Of a stretch of DNA of 64,000 nucleotides, positions 40,910 to 56,469 are shown in pieces. Positions within the stretch are counted from its first letter, which is position 1. Each line of letters starts with the position of its first letter. The notes beneath the pieces were generated by a model that saw only the letters and a list, made by a program, of their open reading frames with translations, was not told the DNA's origin and searched no databases. The stretch lies in NCBI RefSeq assembly GCF_009914755.1, contig NC_060926.1. One strand, given 5' to 3'. This DNA comes from the human T2T-CHM13v2.0 reference genome, Homo sapiens. A program made the translations under genes and the position numbers.

Positions 40910-41110
40910 CTTCAGGAACCATTCTAAAGGCTTTATGTTCAATTCCTCATTTAGTCTTCACAGCAACCCTATGAAGTAGGTACTATTATTACCCCCTTTT
41001 ACAGACGAAGAAAACTGAGACTTAATCAGATTAAGTAATTGTCATTATCCAAGGTCACACAGTCAGGATGCAAGGCCTATTTGCTCCAGAGCCCAAGCTT
41101 TTAACCAATA
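40910..41110 (-). mobile_element. MIR (other MIR remnants near 5820-5920, 24440-24620, 36680-36880, 53310-53910 and 63100-63280)
   Basis: MIR core cttcacagcaaccctatgaagtaggtactattattacccccttttacagacgaagaaaactgag...ccaaggtcacacag. Confidence 0.75.
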
Positions 41111-41894
41111 CAAAACGACACAACTACCATTACATGGACAATCCTACCCTTACGTTTTTCCTCTTTGTTTCTGCTGTATGCATACACATAAAGAGAAAAA
41201 GCACACGAAAGTGTTAAACAGTGGTTATCCTTTGAGTGGGAAAAACAGGTCTACTCTCCAAATATAGCATAAGCCTACTATAGTATGTATAGTACAGTAT
41301 TACTTTCAGTTATTTAAAAAAGGAAACAAGAGAAATAGTATTTAGATGTTACTACTAGAAAAGTAAGGTGGAGGCCAGGCCTGGTGGCTCACACCTATAA
41401 TCCCAGCACTTGGAAAGACTGAGGCAGGCGGATCCCTTGCATCCAGGAGTTTGAGACCAGCCTGGGCAACATGGGGAAACCCTGTCTCTACAAAAAATAC
41501 AAAAATTAGCCAGGCATGGTGGCAAGCACCTGTAGTCCTGGCTGACTACAGGCACACCTGAGGTGGGAGGATCACTGGAGCCCAGGAGGTTGAGGCTGCA
41601 GTGAGCTGTAATCATGCCACTGTACTCCAGGCTCGACAACAGAGTGAGACCCTGTCTCAAAAAAAAAAAAAAAGAAAGAAAGAAAAGTAAAGTGGGCTAG
41701 TGGAATTAACATTTAATTAATACTATTATGGGCCAAACACATGGCTATCTCATCTAACCCTTATATCAAAGAATTTTATTCCCATTTTAAGTTAAAGAAA
41801 CCAAAGACTAAATAACTTGCCCAGCGGAAGGACTGGGATCAGAACTCAAAGCCCAGTCTAAAGGTGTCACTGCAGGAAGTCATGCTACAAATAA

Positions 41895-42222
<328 letters not shown>

Positions 42223-44037
42223 TAAAAACAAATCACATTCTGTGAAAGGATGAGAACCAAGTAGTCTGTCACCTTACGTGCAAGGAGGGAAAAGAGGGAG
42301 GCTTAAGGTTTTAAATTGAGTATTTCCTCAGTATCTCAAACTAGCCAGGAGCATTGTCAAAAATCAGCCTTTACAGTCAGGACTTCTGGGACAAACTCTT
42401 GCTTGAAGAAGTGAGGAGACTCTATTGCTGTTTGTTTTGCCTAGCACAGAGCTGCATGTGTAAGTTAAACTGACTTAGCACTGGGGACAATTTGCTGCCT
42501 CCAACCCAGTCTCACCTATTCAACCATTGTTTTACCAGTTACCAGGTGTGGGGGAGGGGGAAAGAAAAGTGTCTGAGAATATTGCTCTAACTGTATTCAA
42601 ATATAAATGACTTTTCATTAGCCATAACCATTGTACCAAACCTGGATAGTGAGAGCTGCTAACCCTCAGAGAACATCTCAGGTATGAATAAATAGTTTAG
42701 CATTTTTTTGAAATGTCATTAATTTTGGGTGCTCTCGGAAATGTTTAATTCCTTCTAAACTAAAATTTTTATTTCTCTAAAAATAGTAGCAACATGATTT
42801 GCTGAGAAAAAGTTGGAATGGGATATACAAATTTCCTCCTAAAAATCTTCCAGAGGAAAGAAAACTTGATTATTTCAGACTTGTAATTATACTAACCATT
42901 TACTTTTTAAACTAACACTTAATAATAAAAAAGCATATTCCCTTAGTAGTTTAAAGTTAATTCAGTATTTGCCCTGAAAATCTTTTATTAATTTCAAATG
43001 GAATGTAACTTTTAAAAACATCAAACCTGTCATTCCTTCAGGAAATAAAGTAGCCCATTAGGCGATCAGGTTAGGAAATTAATACATGTTTGAGGTAGGG
43101 TGGGAAAAAGTACAAAACTTTTTTGGTATTTGTACACATAGTTTTGGAAAGCTTAGGAATGTGAAGTCAACAATATACCTTTAAAATATCAAATTATAAG
43201 GCAATAACAATTTTTTTCAAACCTTAAAATGTTCCAAGAAAAATGACTAAGAATGATTTTTTTCCATCCAGTATATGCTCTAAAAATAAGGACAAACTAT
43301 AATAGAAGTAACGATTTTTGGTACACATGTTTAAAAAAATGTCCATGTCAATAAACAATTTCAATTAATCAATAAACTTAAAACAACCATTAAATGTAAT
43401 TTGCATTTTTGTATCAGATCCATACAATCTCAAATATCAAGATTTTCTTAAGCTCAATGCTAAATGACCGGATATCTATCATTGTGGAGAAACAGAGTTT
43501 GATCTTAGGCAGACGAAAGGAAAAGAAAGGCACACACCTAGAAGAATCACATGAGTCTCATTTCGAAGCCTCACGGAAGTCAGCACTGAAAGTCGTGGGT
43601 GACCCATTGCCCTGCAAGTGGTAGCTTTTCACTAACAACAGTGCTGGGGGTACTGAGTGGGCAGAATGTGGGACATCTCCTGCCAGCAACTCCAGCCTGC
43701 TACCAAGCAGGACACCGCACATAAACACAACACTCTGCCCTAAGCTCACCAAAAAAAAAAAAAAAAGGAAAAAACCAACAATTAAACGATGCAAAATAAC
43801 CTCTCCAAACACGCCCACACTGGGGACTGGCAGTGGGGGGTGGCAGGGTCTATTAACATTTCAATGTCAACACTCAAGAACAACAAGGAGGTAAGCATAG
43901 CCACGGGAAACATCCTGTCCCTGAAAAGCAGAAAATCGAGATTTGGAAATTTATGTTTATCACTTTTTTTTTTTTTAACGTTCAGAGCTCAGGGCACCAA
44001 AATATAGCTAAAATTGAATCCATTTAAACAGAAAACA

Positions 44038-44125
44038 TACGTGTGTGTGTATGAATATATATGTGTTTATATATGCATATAAAATATATACATACACATA
44101 TATTTTTTTTTCGTTTAAATGTTAT

Positions 44126-44162
<37 letters not shown>
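44038..44162. repeat. (GT)/(TA)/(CA)n microsatellite cluster
   Basis: A (CA)n run at ~44129-44162 preceded by TG/TA mixed repeats. Confidence 0.9.
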
Positions 44163-44165
<3 letters not shown>

Positions 44166-44869
44166 CAAAACCAAAGTAGTTTTGCTAGGTTCCGAGGGCT
44201 CTTCCACAGACCCTTCTGAGTTGTAGCAATAACAAGTTTAGGTTTCCTTAAAATCTCCATTACTCTATTTCTAGGTCGAATACAAGAATGTCACATAAAA
44301 CTAAACAGTGATTATCAGAATAAATGAACTACTGATCCTTAAACTGTAGACCTTGTTTCGGGAGCTGCCCTGCCCACTTCCTCTCCCTCCTCCCAATCCC
44401 GGAGGCTTCCAAGCCATCTGACAACCACGTCTCCCCCTTGGGATCTGTTCCGGTGTTGGTTTTACCGGACAGTGACCAAAAAGGAGGGGAAACTCCTACA
44501 TCTGGGGACTGCTCCAGAAACCCTGCCTGATCCTGCCCCTCTCACTGACAGTCTCCTCGCTGCTCCCTACATCTTCCTCTCCGCCGGAGCTGTCCAGAAG
44601 GGGGATTTTGGACCCAAAGGAATCGGGATGAAAGGGGGTGGGTACTCAAGCTGAAAATAACACCCCCAGTTGGTGGGGTAAGGGCTAAAAAAGGCAATAG
44701 GGAAAGATTGTCCGGCAGAAACACCACCTGAGTTTACCTCCTCCTTCCCACCCCAAAAACCCAGTCACTAACTAATAAAGCTAAGAAAAGCCCCTTGCAA
44801 ACTTTTCCAAACCGGAAAAGAAGGCCCTCTCCCCAACCTGGGGGGCTCTAGGGGGAAGGGGCTGGAGTT

Positions 44870-45920
44870 AGCAGCCCCGAATGGGCTCGCGGGGAGTTGG
44901 GTGGGGCGCGGGCGAGGGGTGCAGGGGCGGAGTACCTTCTTCAATGGACAGGAACTGGCAAAGAGTTTCAAAATAGCCGAGTGCGCTCCCCCACGCCCTG
45001 GGGGGTCCCGGGCGCTAGGACCAGGGCTCCCCGGAGAGACAGCGGCCCCCAATTCGGGCCTAAAAGGAAACTTTCTGGGCCGCGGCTGCACCTGACTCCT
45101 CACCGCCCCTCCACCCGACCCCACGCCCGCCAGGCCGCCCGCCCCGCCCCGCCCCGGCCTGGCCGTCCGGAGCGCGGAGGAGGGGGATAAATAAATTCAA
45201 CTCTTACCGGAATCTGGGGGCCGTCTGCGAGAGACCCGGGGGAAGGGGAGCCGGGCGCCCATTCCCCACTCCCCACTCCTAGGCCCTGACGCCCCTGTCC
45301 CGGCAGCCCGGGCCTGCCGCCCCGCGGGAAAGCCTCCGGGCCGGCGCGGGATTCGGCCCAGCAGCGCCGCCGTCCCACCCGGAGACCCCGGGGGACTCGA
45401 GGGGGCGCGCGGAGGCCCGGGGTGCGGGGGCAGGGCGCGGCTGCCGTGGGGCCTACCGGCCCGAGGCCTACCGGCGCCCCCCCCTCCCGCCGCACACCCC
45501 CACCTGGCCCGCGCAGGCCGCTCCGCTCGCCCCACTCCGGCTCCGGCTGGACCCCTGCCCGCCCGCCGTCGCCGCCCGCGGGCGCCCCGGAGGCCCTCAG
45601 GCCCCCGGCCTCCACCACCCGGGCGCCGGCCCCACTCACCCTTTCATTCTCCGCCCGGGGCCTGGCGTGGGCCGGCGAATCCCCGGCCTCACGTAAGCGC
45701 GCTCGCCGCCCGCCCAGCCTGCGCGGCCCAGCCCGCCGCCCTACGGGAGCCCGGGGATGTGGGCCGGGCCTGGGGCCGCCTCTGCTTACCTTTCAGCTGC
45801 TTTTTTTTTTCTCCTTCCCCCCTGTTCCCTCGGCTGGGCTGACAGATCAGAGTGAGAGGCGCTGGCAATGGACTAGGAAGCTCGGCTGCCGCTGCTACTG
45901 CTCCCCCCTGGGCTCCGGCG
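44870..45920. promoter_or_regulatory. CpG island at the INO80D 5' end
   Basis: Very high GC and CpG density and no interspersed repeats. Several GC boxes (ggggcggag ~44924, ccgccc repeats ~45137-45155). It overlaps the first-exon donor. Confidence 0.95.
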
Positions 45921-46060
45921 AGAGCCTTTCCCTGTCAAGCAAGAGGGGTGAGGATCATATTTTTATTTTGGAAACTAAAAAGTGCTCCCAGGGTCGGTGA
46001 TTATTAAGGGGAAATCCCTGAATATACTCTCCAGCCAAGAAGGCAGGGCTGCCGGGGCTG
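45790..46060 (-). other. INO80D: INO80D probable first exon (non-coding). The 3' boundary is exact; the TSS is approximate.
   Basis: Near-consensus donor GAAAG|gtaagc at 45790 at the upstream edge of the CpG island. The TSS cannot be fixed from sequence alone. Confidence 0.75.
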
Positions 46061-46379
46061 TACAAGAAGAGGCAGCAGCCTCCTACAGCACCACTACAGG
46101 CACTGCGAGGACATAACACCAGAGAGCTGCTCCTCTGCCCTCCGAAACGACAACTTTCCTACCATCTTGGAGGCAGAGCAAAGGGGGGCCAGGGGGAAAA
46201 GTGCACCCGCTCCCGATAAAGTACAAATTTTTACTTCTCATCTCTGGAAAAAAGTCCACACCGGCCGTCTACACCCGCGCCTGGGGGAGAAAGCAGGGAA
46301 GAAACGGGGGGTGCATGAGAAACGTTTTCATTTGCTCCAGGGGGAAAAATGTTTCTGCATCTTCTGATGGAAAGAAATC

Positions 46380-46750
46380 TTTACAAGACACAGGTTTTCC
46401 GGTGGTTATTGTTTTTTATTTTCTGTTTTTAATTTTTTTCATGTTAGTGACAGTGATATTTTAATATTTTTTTAAGCCAGTAATAATTTTTCTCCATTAC
46501 AGGGCTAAGTTCTGTGGCTGGTGGTCAGTTTGTAAATTTATACTTAAAGAGACTTAATAGTAACTTCATTTATTTGTCTGGTTATGTTATTGTATATATA
46601 AATATTTATGTTTTCATATATTGCATATAAAAATTTGTGTTACATGTTACTCTCAGAACAGATTGCTGTAAGACAATTGTAAAAAAACATGTCTTTCGTC
46701 TGTTTCTCAAAGCAATGTAAATAAAACCTATGGACTGTCCAGAAAGGCAT
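46380..46750 (+). ncRNA. Probable 3' end of a divergent/antisense lncRNA from the INO80D promoter
   Basis: Repeat-free U/AU-rich tract ending in AATAAA (46720-46725), followed by a GU/U-rich element (gtgtgtcatttt ~46758). Transcription is inferred, not observed. Confidence 0.5.
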
Positions 46751-47574
46751 GATACAGTGTGTCATTTTCCACAGTGCAGATAAAGGCAGCTATCACTGGG
46801 GATTTAAAAACGGCCCCTGTTTCTGGAAATTCTGTTATGCTGCCCATACAGAAAGGATACAGTAAAACTGGAAAGAGATTTTAAAGACAGCCTTAGATTT
46901 TTCTTGAGGTAAAATAGCTTATTAAGAATTATATCCGGGCATTTAATTTTTTTATTTATTTAGATTCTTTAAACTCTAGCTAGATCTTTGGTGCATTACA
47001 CATGTTGCTATCTGCTTTTTGTGTCACAGAATTGAGAAATGTGGCTATTTTTGTTAGTTATGTTAGTTCAGAACTTCCAATGTGCTGCCAGCCTGTATGA
47101 TAGACTTTTTGTATATTGCAGTGGATGTCATGAATTTACTTTTTTAAATGAGCAAAGCTTACTAGATAAATGGGATCAGAGTTAAACAATGCTGTTAGCA
47201 CAGAGGTGAGAGGGACAAAGGGTACCCATTTACATCGATTCCAATAGAACGCTTATTGGAGGATAAATTGCAGAGACATTTTTCTATTTTTGTGAAGAAA
47301 GAGAAAAATAATAGAAAAAGAACCGACTATCTTTGTATGTTCTACTGGGGATGATGATTTAAATCTTGTATTAAAAGTTATTTTTCTAACACATGTTGAC
47401 TAACCTGGCAGGAATGAATTTGTTATATTAGTGCCCTGAATCAGTAGAATATTTAATTTCTTTGTAAAATTTATTACACAACATTTAGAAATAACTTCCA
47501 AATTTAGAAATTGTCCTGATTTAAAAGTGAGTTCATGTAATGCATATATCGGATATTTATTAGTTTCTAGCTGA

Positions 47575-47942
<368 letters not shown>

Positions 47943-48536
47943 TATTCTGGATTTTCTTCTGTGGTTTTCTTCCTCTTTGTTTGGTGGAAAAAGTTAAGTA
48001 AAATTAACTGATTCTCATCATCTTGGAAACCTCAATTGTGAAGCTATGTTCTATTTACAATATTTTTTTTAAACATTTAGACATCAAACACATTAGTTAT
48101 CACAAGGAAAATCCCTTAACTAGACCTCTGGCGAAATTGAAAAACATGTTTTCTAACAACTTATTTTTCTTTATATATGACATGACTTTATAGATATGTT
48201 TTGAATTTTTCAAGAAATTAAAATGTGGTCAGATTCCATGGCTTATGTCTGTGATCCCAGCACTTTGGAAGGCCTAGGTGAGAGTATTGCTTAAGCCCAG
48301 GAGTTTGAGACCAGCCTGGGCAACACAGCCAGACCCTTTCTCCAAAAACAAAAATTAAAATAAAATGTGCTTGTTTGCATTAAGCTGGCTGCACCCTTTT
48401 TTGCAATGCCCCTTGTGACCAAAGGAACTTGTCTGTCAGTGGATAGGGCTATGCTGCATCAGCTTAGCATTTCAGTGCTTTTCTCTTTATAAAGTTTGAC
48501 TTCTGCTTAGCTATAGTCTATGATATTTATCCATCA

Positions 48537-48761
<225 letters not shown>

Positions 48762-48863
48762 TCAACTGGAAGGCGGAGGTTGCAGTGAGCTGAGATTGCA
48801 CCATTGCACTCCAGCCTGGGCGACAAGAGTGAAACGCTGTCGCAAAAAAATTGCTATGTCTGA

Positions 48864-49061
<198 letters not shown>

Positions 49062-49674
49062 TGAGGAAGCTATTTTTTTCCCAATAAAATTTCCACTACT
49101 CAAATTTGGCTACATTATTGAGCACTTAATGCATCTTTATGACCTTATTGGATACTTTTCTCTATGTTTTCTTATTTAATTCCTGTAAGAGCTCCAAAAA
49201 GTATTACATTTTTCTTTTCTTTTTTAAAAAAAAATAAAGATGGGATAATTGTCTTTCCTGTCAGGGATCATGTACCTTCTCGGCCCAAAAGCTTTCCAAT
49301 AAGATTCTCAATTCTCCTGGTTTAGAGTGTCCAAGGTGCCTGTCACAATTCTGTGCACTATGCTTGAAGTGCTAGGTTCGTGCTCTATGCTCTTTGCCAA
49401 AAACAAACTGAGTAGCCAGCTATTGGAGCCCCCTTCATTCATGGGTGGCAACCAGTGGCTTATTTCACTTTCGTGAAGTCTAGCACCTAATCTATCAGTT
49501 GTTTTGAGGAATGCGAATAAATAACAAAAATAAACGCGTTATGATTAACAGAGACTTTGTTCCTGATCCTGAAAATGAGCAGTATATTGTATAAAGCACT
49601 AACTTATTCTATTATACCTTCATTTCACAAATAGCTGTTTGGCCGTTAGTTGAAGTAGGAAATGCTTACCTTAA

Positions 49675-50022
<348 letters not shown>

Positions 50023-50080
50023 TAGTCTGAAACTCCTGAGCTCAGGCTATCCTCCTCTCTCTGCCTGCCAAAAGTGCTGA

Positions 50081-50305
<225 letters not shown>

Positions 50306-51116
50306 TGAGTAGCTGGGACTACAGGCATGCACCACCATGCCCAGCTAAAATTATTAAGAAAATATCAGCCAGGCGCGGTGGCTCATGCCTGTAATCTCAA
50401 TACTTTGGGAGGCCAAGGCAGGCAGATCACCTGAGGTTAGGAGTTCAAGACCAGCCTGGCCAACATGGTGAAACCCCACCTCTACTAAAAATACAAAAAT
50501 TAGCCTTTCAGCTACTAGGGAGGCTGAGGCAGAAGAATCACTTAAACCCAGGGGGCGGAGGTTGCAGCGAGCGGAGATCGCGCCACTGCACTCCAGCCTA
50601 GGCAACAGACTGGAGTGCAAGACTCTGTCTCAAAAAAATAAAATAAAATAAATAAAATTTAAAAACTCCCAAGGAGGTGAGGGAGTAGAAATAGGGTATG
50701 TACATAGCCTGAAAGTTTTCAAAGCCACACTATTATGATGGCCATAGACTCAAATTTTTTTCACTTTAAAGCCTTTCTGTTTTGCAAACATTTGTTGGTA
50801 ATGTTTCTACCTAAAATAAAGATTTTGGTTTTATTGTGGTTACAAGAAAGTGTTTCTGAGATAAACACTGTATTTGGCAGACAGACATACACATCATAGC
50901 TTTAGATTGACTATGAAATTTCTTCAATAAAGATTCAAAGCTGGGCGTGGTGGCTCACACCTGTAATCCCAAAACTTTAGGAGGCTGAGGAGGGAGGATC
51001 ACTTGAGCCCAGGAGTTGGAGGTCACAGTGATCTGTGATCGCACTACGGCACTCCAGCCTGGGCAACAGAGTGAGAGCCTGTCTCAAAAAAAAAAAAAGG
51101 CCGGTATGGTGGCTCA

Positions 51117-51584
<468 letters not shown>

Positions 51585-51588
51585 CTAG

Positions 51589-51933
<345 letters not shown>

Positions 51934-52688
51934 TGAGTCACCGCGCCTGGCCTGGTTTTGTTTTTAAATCCCCACAAAGGCCAAAAGATACCCTCCAGGA
52001 ACCAGATGGTCAATTTTGTGCTGCCTTCTCATCATACTAAAGGCAGAAAATGTGACATTCTAGACACTGTATACCATAGGCATTCTTGGGCTATTTTACT
52101 GACTCCTAACCTTGGAAAAAGGAAAACAACTCCCCAACTGAAGTCATGTTTTCAGTAATAATTAGTAAAAAGAAACACCCCAAAGCAGTATGAATGATTG
52201 GGTGGTGGAATCAGAAGTGATAGTCAGCCTTTTCCATATAATTTTAAAAACTGTCCCAAAAGTGGTGGTTAGCTAAAACATTGAAGTAAGGCGAGAAATC
52301 CATTGAGACCTCTGAATAATAGGCAGAGGTTAACACAAAGGTGACAGTGTTCATTTCTGCTGCATTCCTGGCTAAGCAAGCTTTTGTAGACCTGCTGGGA
52401 ATTTAACCACTATTTCCATGGGAAAACAAATTCCAGGTTCCAAACAACTAATTTACAGTGATGTTCATGGGAACACAGCCCATTAATAAGTTTGGACTTC
52501 CTGTGCTATAACATCTTCTCCATGTAGTTGTTATAGACTGCCAGAGTTCGATGATAAGAATGGGAAAATACAGGGAAAATCCTCTCAAACAAAAAAGGAG
52601 TAACTATGAAGACAACCTAAATAGCTTGACTTAAACTCAGGTCAAGGGAAAGATTATCAAAGATATTAAATGGTAAAGCCAGTTCTAG

Positions 52689-52919
<231 letters not shown>

Positions 52920-53401
52920 TAATTTGAAGTTTGTTTATGCATACCTGGGTGCCATATGATAGTATTATAGGTATTTGCATTTTCTTCTATTCTTAAAGAA
53001 AAAACAGGTAAGATTCTACTAAAAATTACTAGATCTCATCGTTCTACTAAGTTAATGCTCTTTTGGCACCACACAGCAAGTCATGGCCATTCTTGTTCTC
53101 ATGCCTCTATTCTTGTTCTGATGCTCTCTGTTTTCAGCTCTGCCAATTAAATCCCACTCTGCTTGATGACTTGCTCACAGTCTTGTCCCTGAAGCCTTCT
53201 GAGGCCAAGTTGAGTCTATACTGACCTTATTGTTAATTTAATACCTTGAGTTGTTTTCTAGCTTTTCTTAGTTTTTTGGGTTTTTTTCTACATGTGCAAC
53301 AGGAGCTGTAGTGATTAATAGCTTCATCTCTGGAGTCAAGGCCATCTGATTTGGAAACTTGGCTCTACCATTTTCCTACTGTGTAACCCTGGGCAAGCTC
53401 C

Positions 53402-53816
53402 TAGTCTAGTCTGTTTTATGCTGCTATAACAGTATGCCATAGACTGAGAAATTTATAAAGAAGAGAAATTTATTTCTTACACTTCTGGAGACAGGAAGTC
53501 CAAGAGCATGGCGCTGACATCTGAAGAGGGTCTTTTTGTTGTGTTATCGCATGGCAGAAGGCAGAAGGTCAAGAGAGTACATGTATGAGTGGGGAAAGCG
53601 GGGAGGAAGGAAAGGAAGGTGGCAGAACTTATCCTTTTATCAGGAACCCACTCCCACAATAACTAACCTACTTCTGTGATAACAGCATGAATCCATTCAG
53701 TAGGGCAGAGCTTTTATGACCTGATCACCTCATAAAGGTCTCACCTCTCAACCTCTTTGCTTTGGGGATTAAGTTTCCAACATATAAACCTTGGGATACA
53801 CATTCAGACCATAGCA
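53402..53816 (-). mobile_element. ERVL-MaLR solo LTR (MST/MLT1A-like) inserted in a MIR
   Basis: tagtctgttttatgctgctataacag...gaagtccaagagcatggcgctgacatctg...ttggggattaagtttccaaca...cacattcagaccatagca. Confidence 0.8.
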
Positions 53817-54135
53817 CTCCTTACCCTCTCAGTTTCCTCATTTGTAAAACTAGAGATAATAATAGTACCTGCCTCACTGGGGTATTCTGAGGATTAAATG
53901 GCATAGTAGATAAAGCACAAGGCTCCAGCACTTTTAGTGGAGATGGGGTTTCACCATGTAAGGATGGTCTCAATCTCCTGACCTCATGATCCGCCTGCCT
54001 CAGCCTCCCAAAGTGCTGGGATTACAGGTGTGAGCTGCCGCGCCCAGCCCCAGATATTCTTAAATACCCGGATAATTTATAGAATTTTAAGTTTAGCTGA
54101 GATTTTGGTGCCCTTCAGAATCAATGAAGGTCTTA

Positions 54136-54315
<180 letters not shown>

Positions 54316-54546
54316 TTAGCCAGCTGGGAGGCCAAAGCAGGCAGATCACCTGAGGTCAGAAGTTCGAGACCAGCCTGGCCAACATGGTGAAACCCCGTCT
54401 CTACAAAATAGCCAGGTGTAGTGACGCACGCCTGTGATCCCAGCTGCTCAAGAGGCTGGGGCAGGAGAATCGCTTGAACCTGGGAGGCGGAGGTTGCTGT
54501 GGGCGTAGATCACACTACTGCACTCCAGCCTGGGCAATAGAGGAGA

Positions 54547-54549
<3 letters not shown>

Positions 54550-54586
<37 letters not shown>

Positions 54587-54636
54587 GTATATATGTATGT
54601 GTGTATATGTGTATGTGTATATGTGTGTGTGTCTAC

Positions 54637-54664
<28 letters not shown>
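54550..54664. repeat. (CA)n followed by (TG)n microsatellite inside nested Alus
   Basis: A (CA)n run, then a TA/TG mix, then (TG)n. Confidence 0.9.
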
Positions 54665-54667
<3 letters not shown>

Positions 54668-56469
54668 CCACTTGTGGTGGCATGAGCCTGTAGTCCCAGC
54701 TATTTGGGAGGCTGAGGCAGGAGGATCGCTTGAGCTGAAAAGGTTGAAAAAAATTTTTTTAATAATAATAGATACATACATACGTATTCAAGAAGTGTCT
54801 ATAAATCACTTACAGTGTGCTAGGCACAGGTGGTAAGGATATTGGGGAAACAGCTCCTGCCTGCGAGTGTCTTCAGTCTGGCAAGAGACAAAAGAATTAT
54901 TGTTTTAGGGTTATTTATTTTTATATAGATCCTCTTGATATGTAAGCTTTTATAAATATAAGCTTTTGAAAATATAAGCTCCACGAAGCCTAGAGATTTT
55001 GTCTTTTTTTGTTTTGTTTTTGTCTAGTTTGTTCATTTGGCCTCTTGAACACTGCCTGGGATGAAATATACACCGTAAATATTTGTTGGATTAATGAATA
55101 TTTGAGATTTTGGATTCTTTACTATTTGATAATTAAGATATGGCTTTTAGATGGTTAAATGAGAAGGACTCTGAGGAATTGAGCATGGACTTTCTAACCA
55201 TCTCACTACAAAAGTCCAAGATGATTAGCAAAATATCTGTGTAATTCTAGTTATTTCAGCCACCCTCAAGCATTATATTCCAATTGGCCATACTCTAGTT
55301 TAAAAACCTGGGAGTGGTATTAAGTATTCTTTTTCTTTTCTATTGACATATTTCTGTTGTGCATTTCTATTGCCAAAGATACTTAAAACGTGTGCATATC
55401 CTAGGTTATTTTAAGATGACTAGCCGTACAGGTCAAAAAATTTAAAAATGGAATATAAGAGAATCACCTGGAGTAAAAAGCAAACATAGAAGATGTAAAA
55501 ATATATATGGTTGCCATTATAGCCTTTTGTGTGGAAACTCTAGCATATTTGAGCAAACATCTTTGAGTATTCCCTTTTCACATTTTGTAGGACATGATCA
55601 GATATACCATCTGCTTCTCTGGGTAACTTGGCAGCTGTTAATTGACTAACATTCCCTGAGTTCTGTTGTCACCATCAGTGGTTCTAGAACATAAGAACAA
55701 AAAAAGATTGTAAGAATAGCCTTCATAACCCAAGTTTCCTTTAAATCATAGAGAGAAAAAAAATAAGAACCTATATTGACCAACTGGGAAAAACTAAAGG
55801 AATATTTACATAATCATAAGTCATTTTAATTTTCTCTAAGGCTATTACTACAATATATCTAAATATTTTAAATGTATATATAAAGCAAGAGCAATTAAGT
55901 AATTTAATACCAACAGAATTTATATTTCAAATGGGGGGAAAATGGATCATCTCATTTTGTGGTAAGATATACAGATGCTTCCTGTTGCCCTGTCCAGAAT
56001 GATGTTAACATTAACCTCAGAGGAGGCCGTTAAGCCAGCGTTGAGCTAGACAGTAACCATTATGTCTCTCTCTATTGAGGAGGAGGGGAAAAATGATGTT
56101 ACCTAAATTTATGAGCTGCAAACTGAACACTTCATACAATGATGATCAATGATATGATAAGTTATCATTCAATTTCTACGGTTTGTGTCCTCTCTGAAAT
56201 GAAGCTAAGAAAAAAAATTGTAGGGAAATAACAGACTGCCGTTTGCATTATTAGAAAGCTCACGTAACTGCACTATGCAGGCCATTTGTCTTTTTTTTTT
56301 CCTGTTAGAAGGGAGTTTTTATTTTCTCTGAATCAAACTATTAGAGTAATACATTACTGAGTTCATTTTTGCTTCTATCTCTTTATCTTGACTTGAGTTC
56401 AGAAAACTTGGAACATGTGCATTCTTTTAAGCTGTCTGAAAGGATTTTGTGTATTTATGGTTTTACATG

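Noticed and set aside
40857-40910. Short direct repeats (aaaagttatgcacca x2; also atatagtacatttac x2 near 6003-6037 and tattatgtgtaaaaa x2 near 62490-62526)
   Set aside because: Ordinary slippage duplications. They have two copies only and no repeat-spacer array, so they are not CRISPR-like.
44768-46000. Several 100-190 aa Gly/Pro/Arg-rich ORFs on both strands
   Set aside because: Expected from stop-codon scarcity in a CpG island. Several begin at non-ATG codons and none has a recognisable domain.
46080-46170. Partial ZNF143/YY1-like motifs upstream of exon 1
   Set aside because: Matches are too partial to call without ChIP data.
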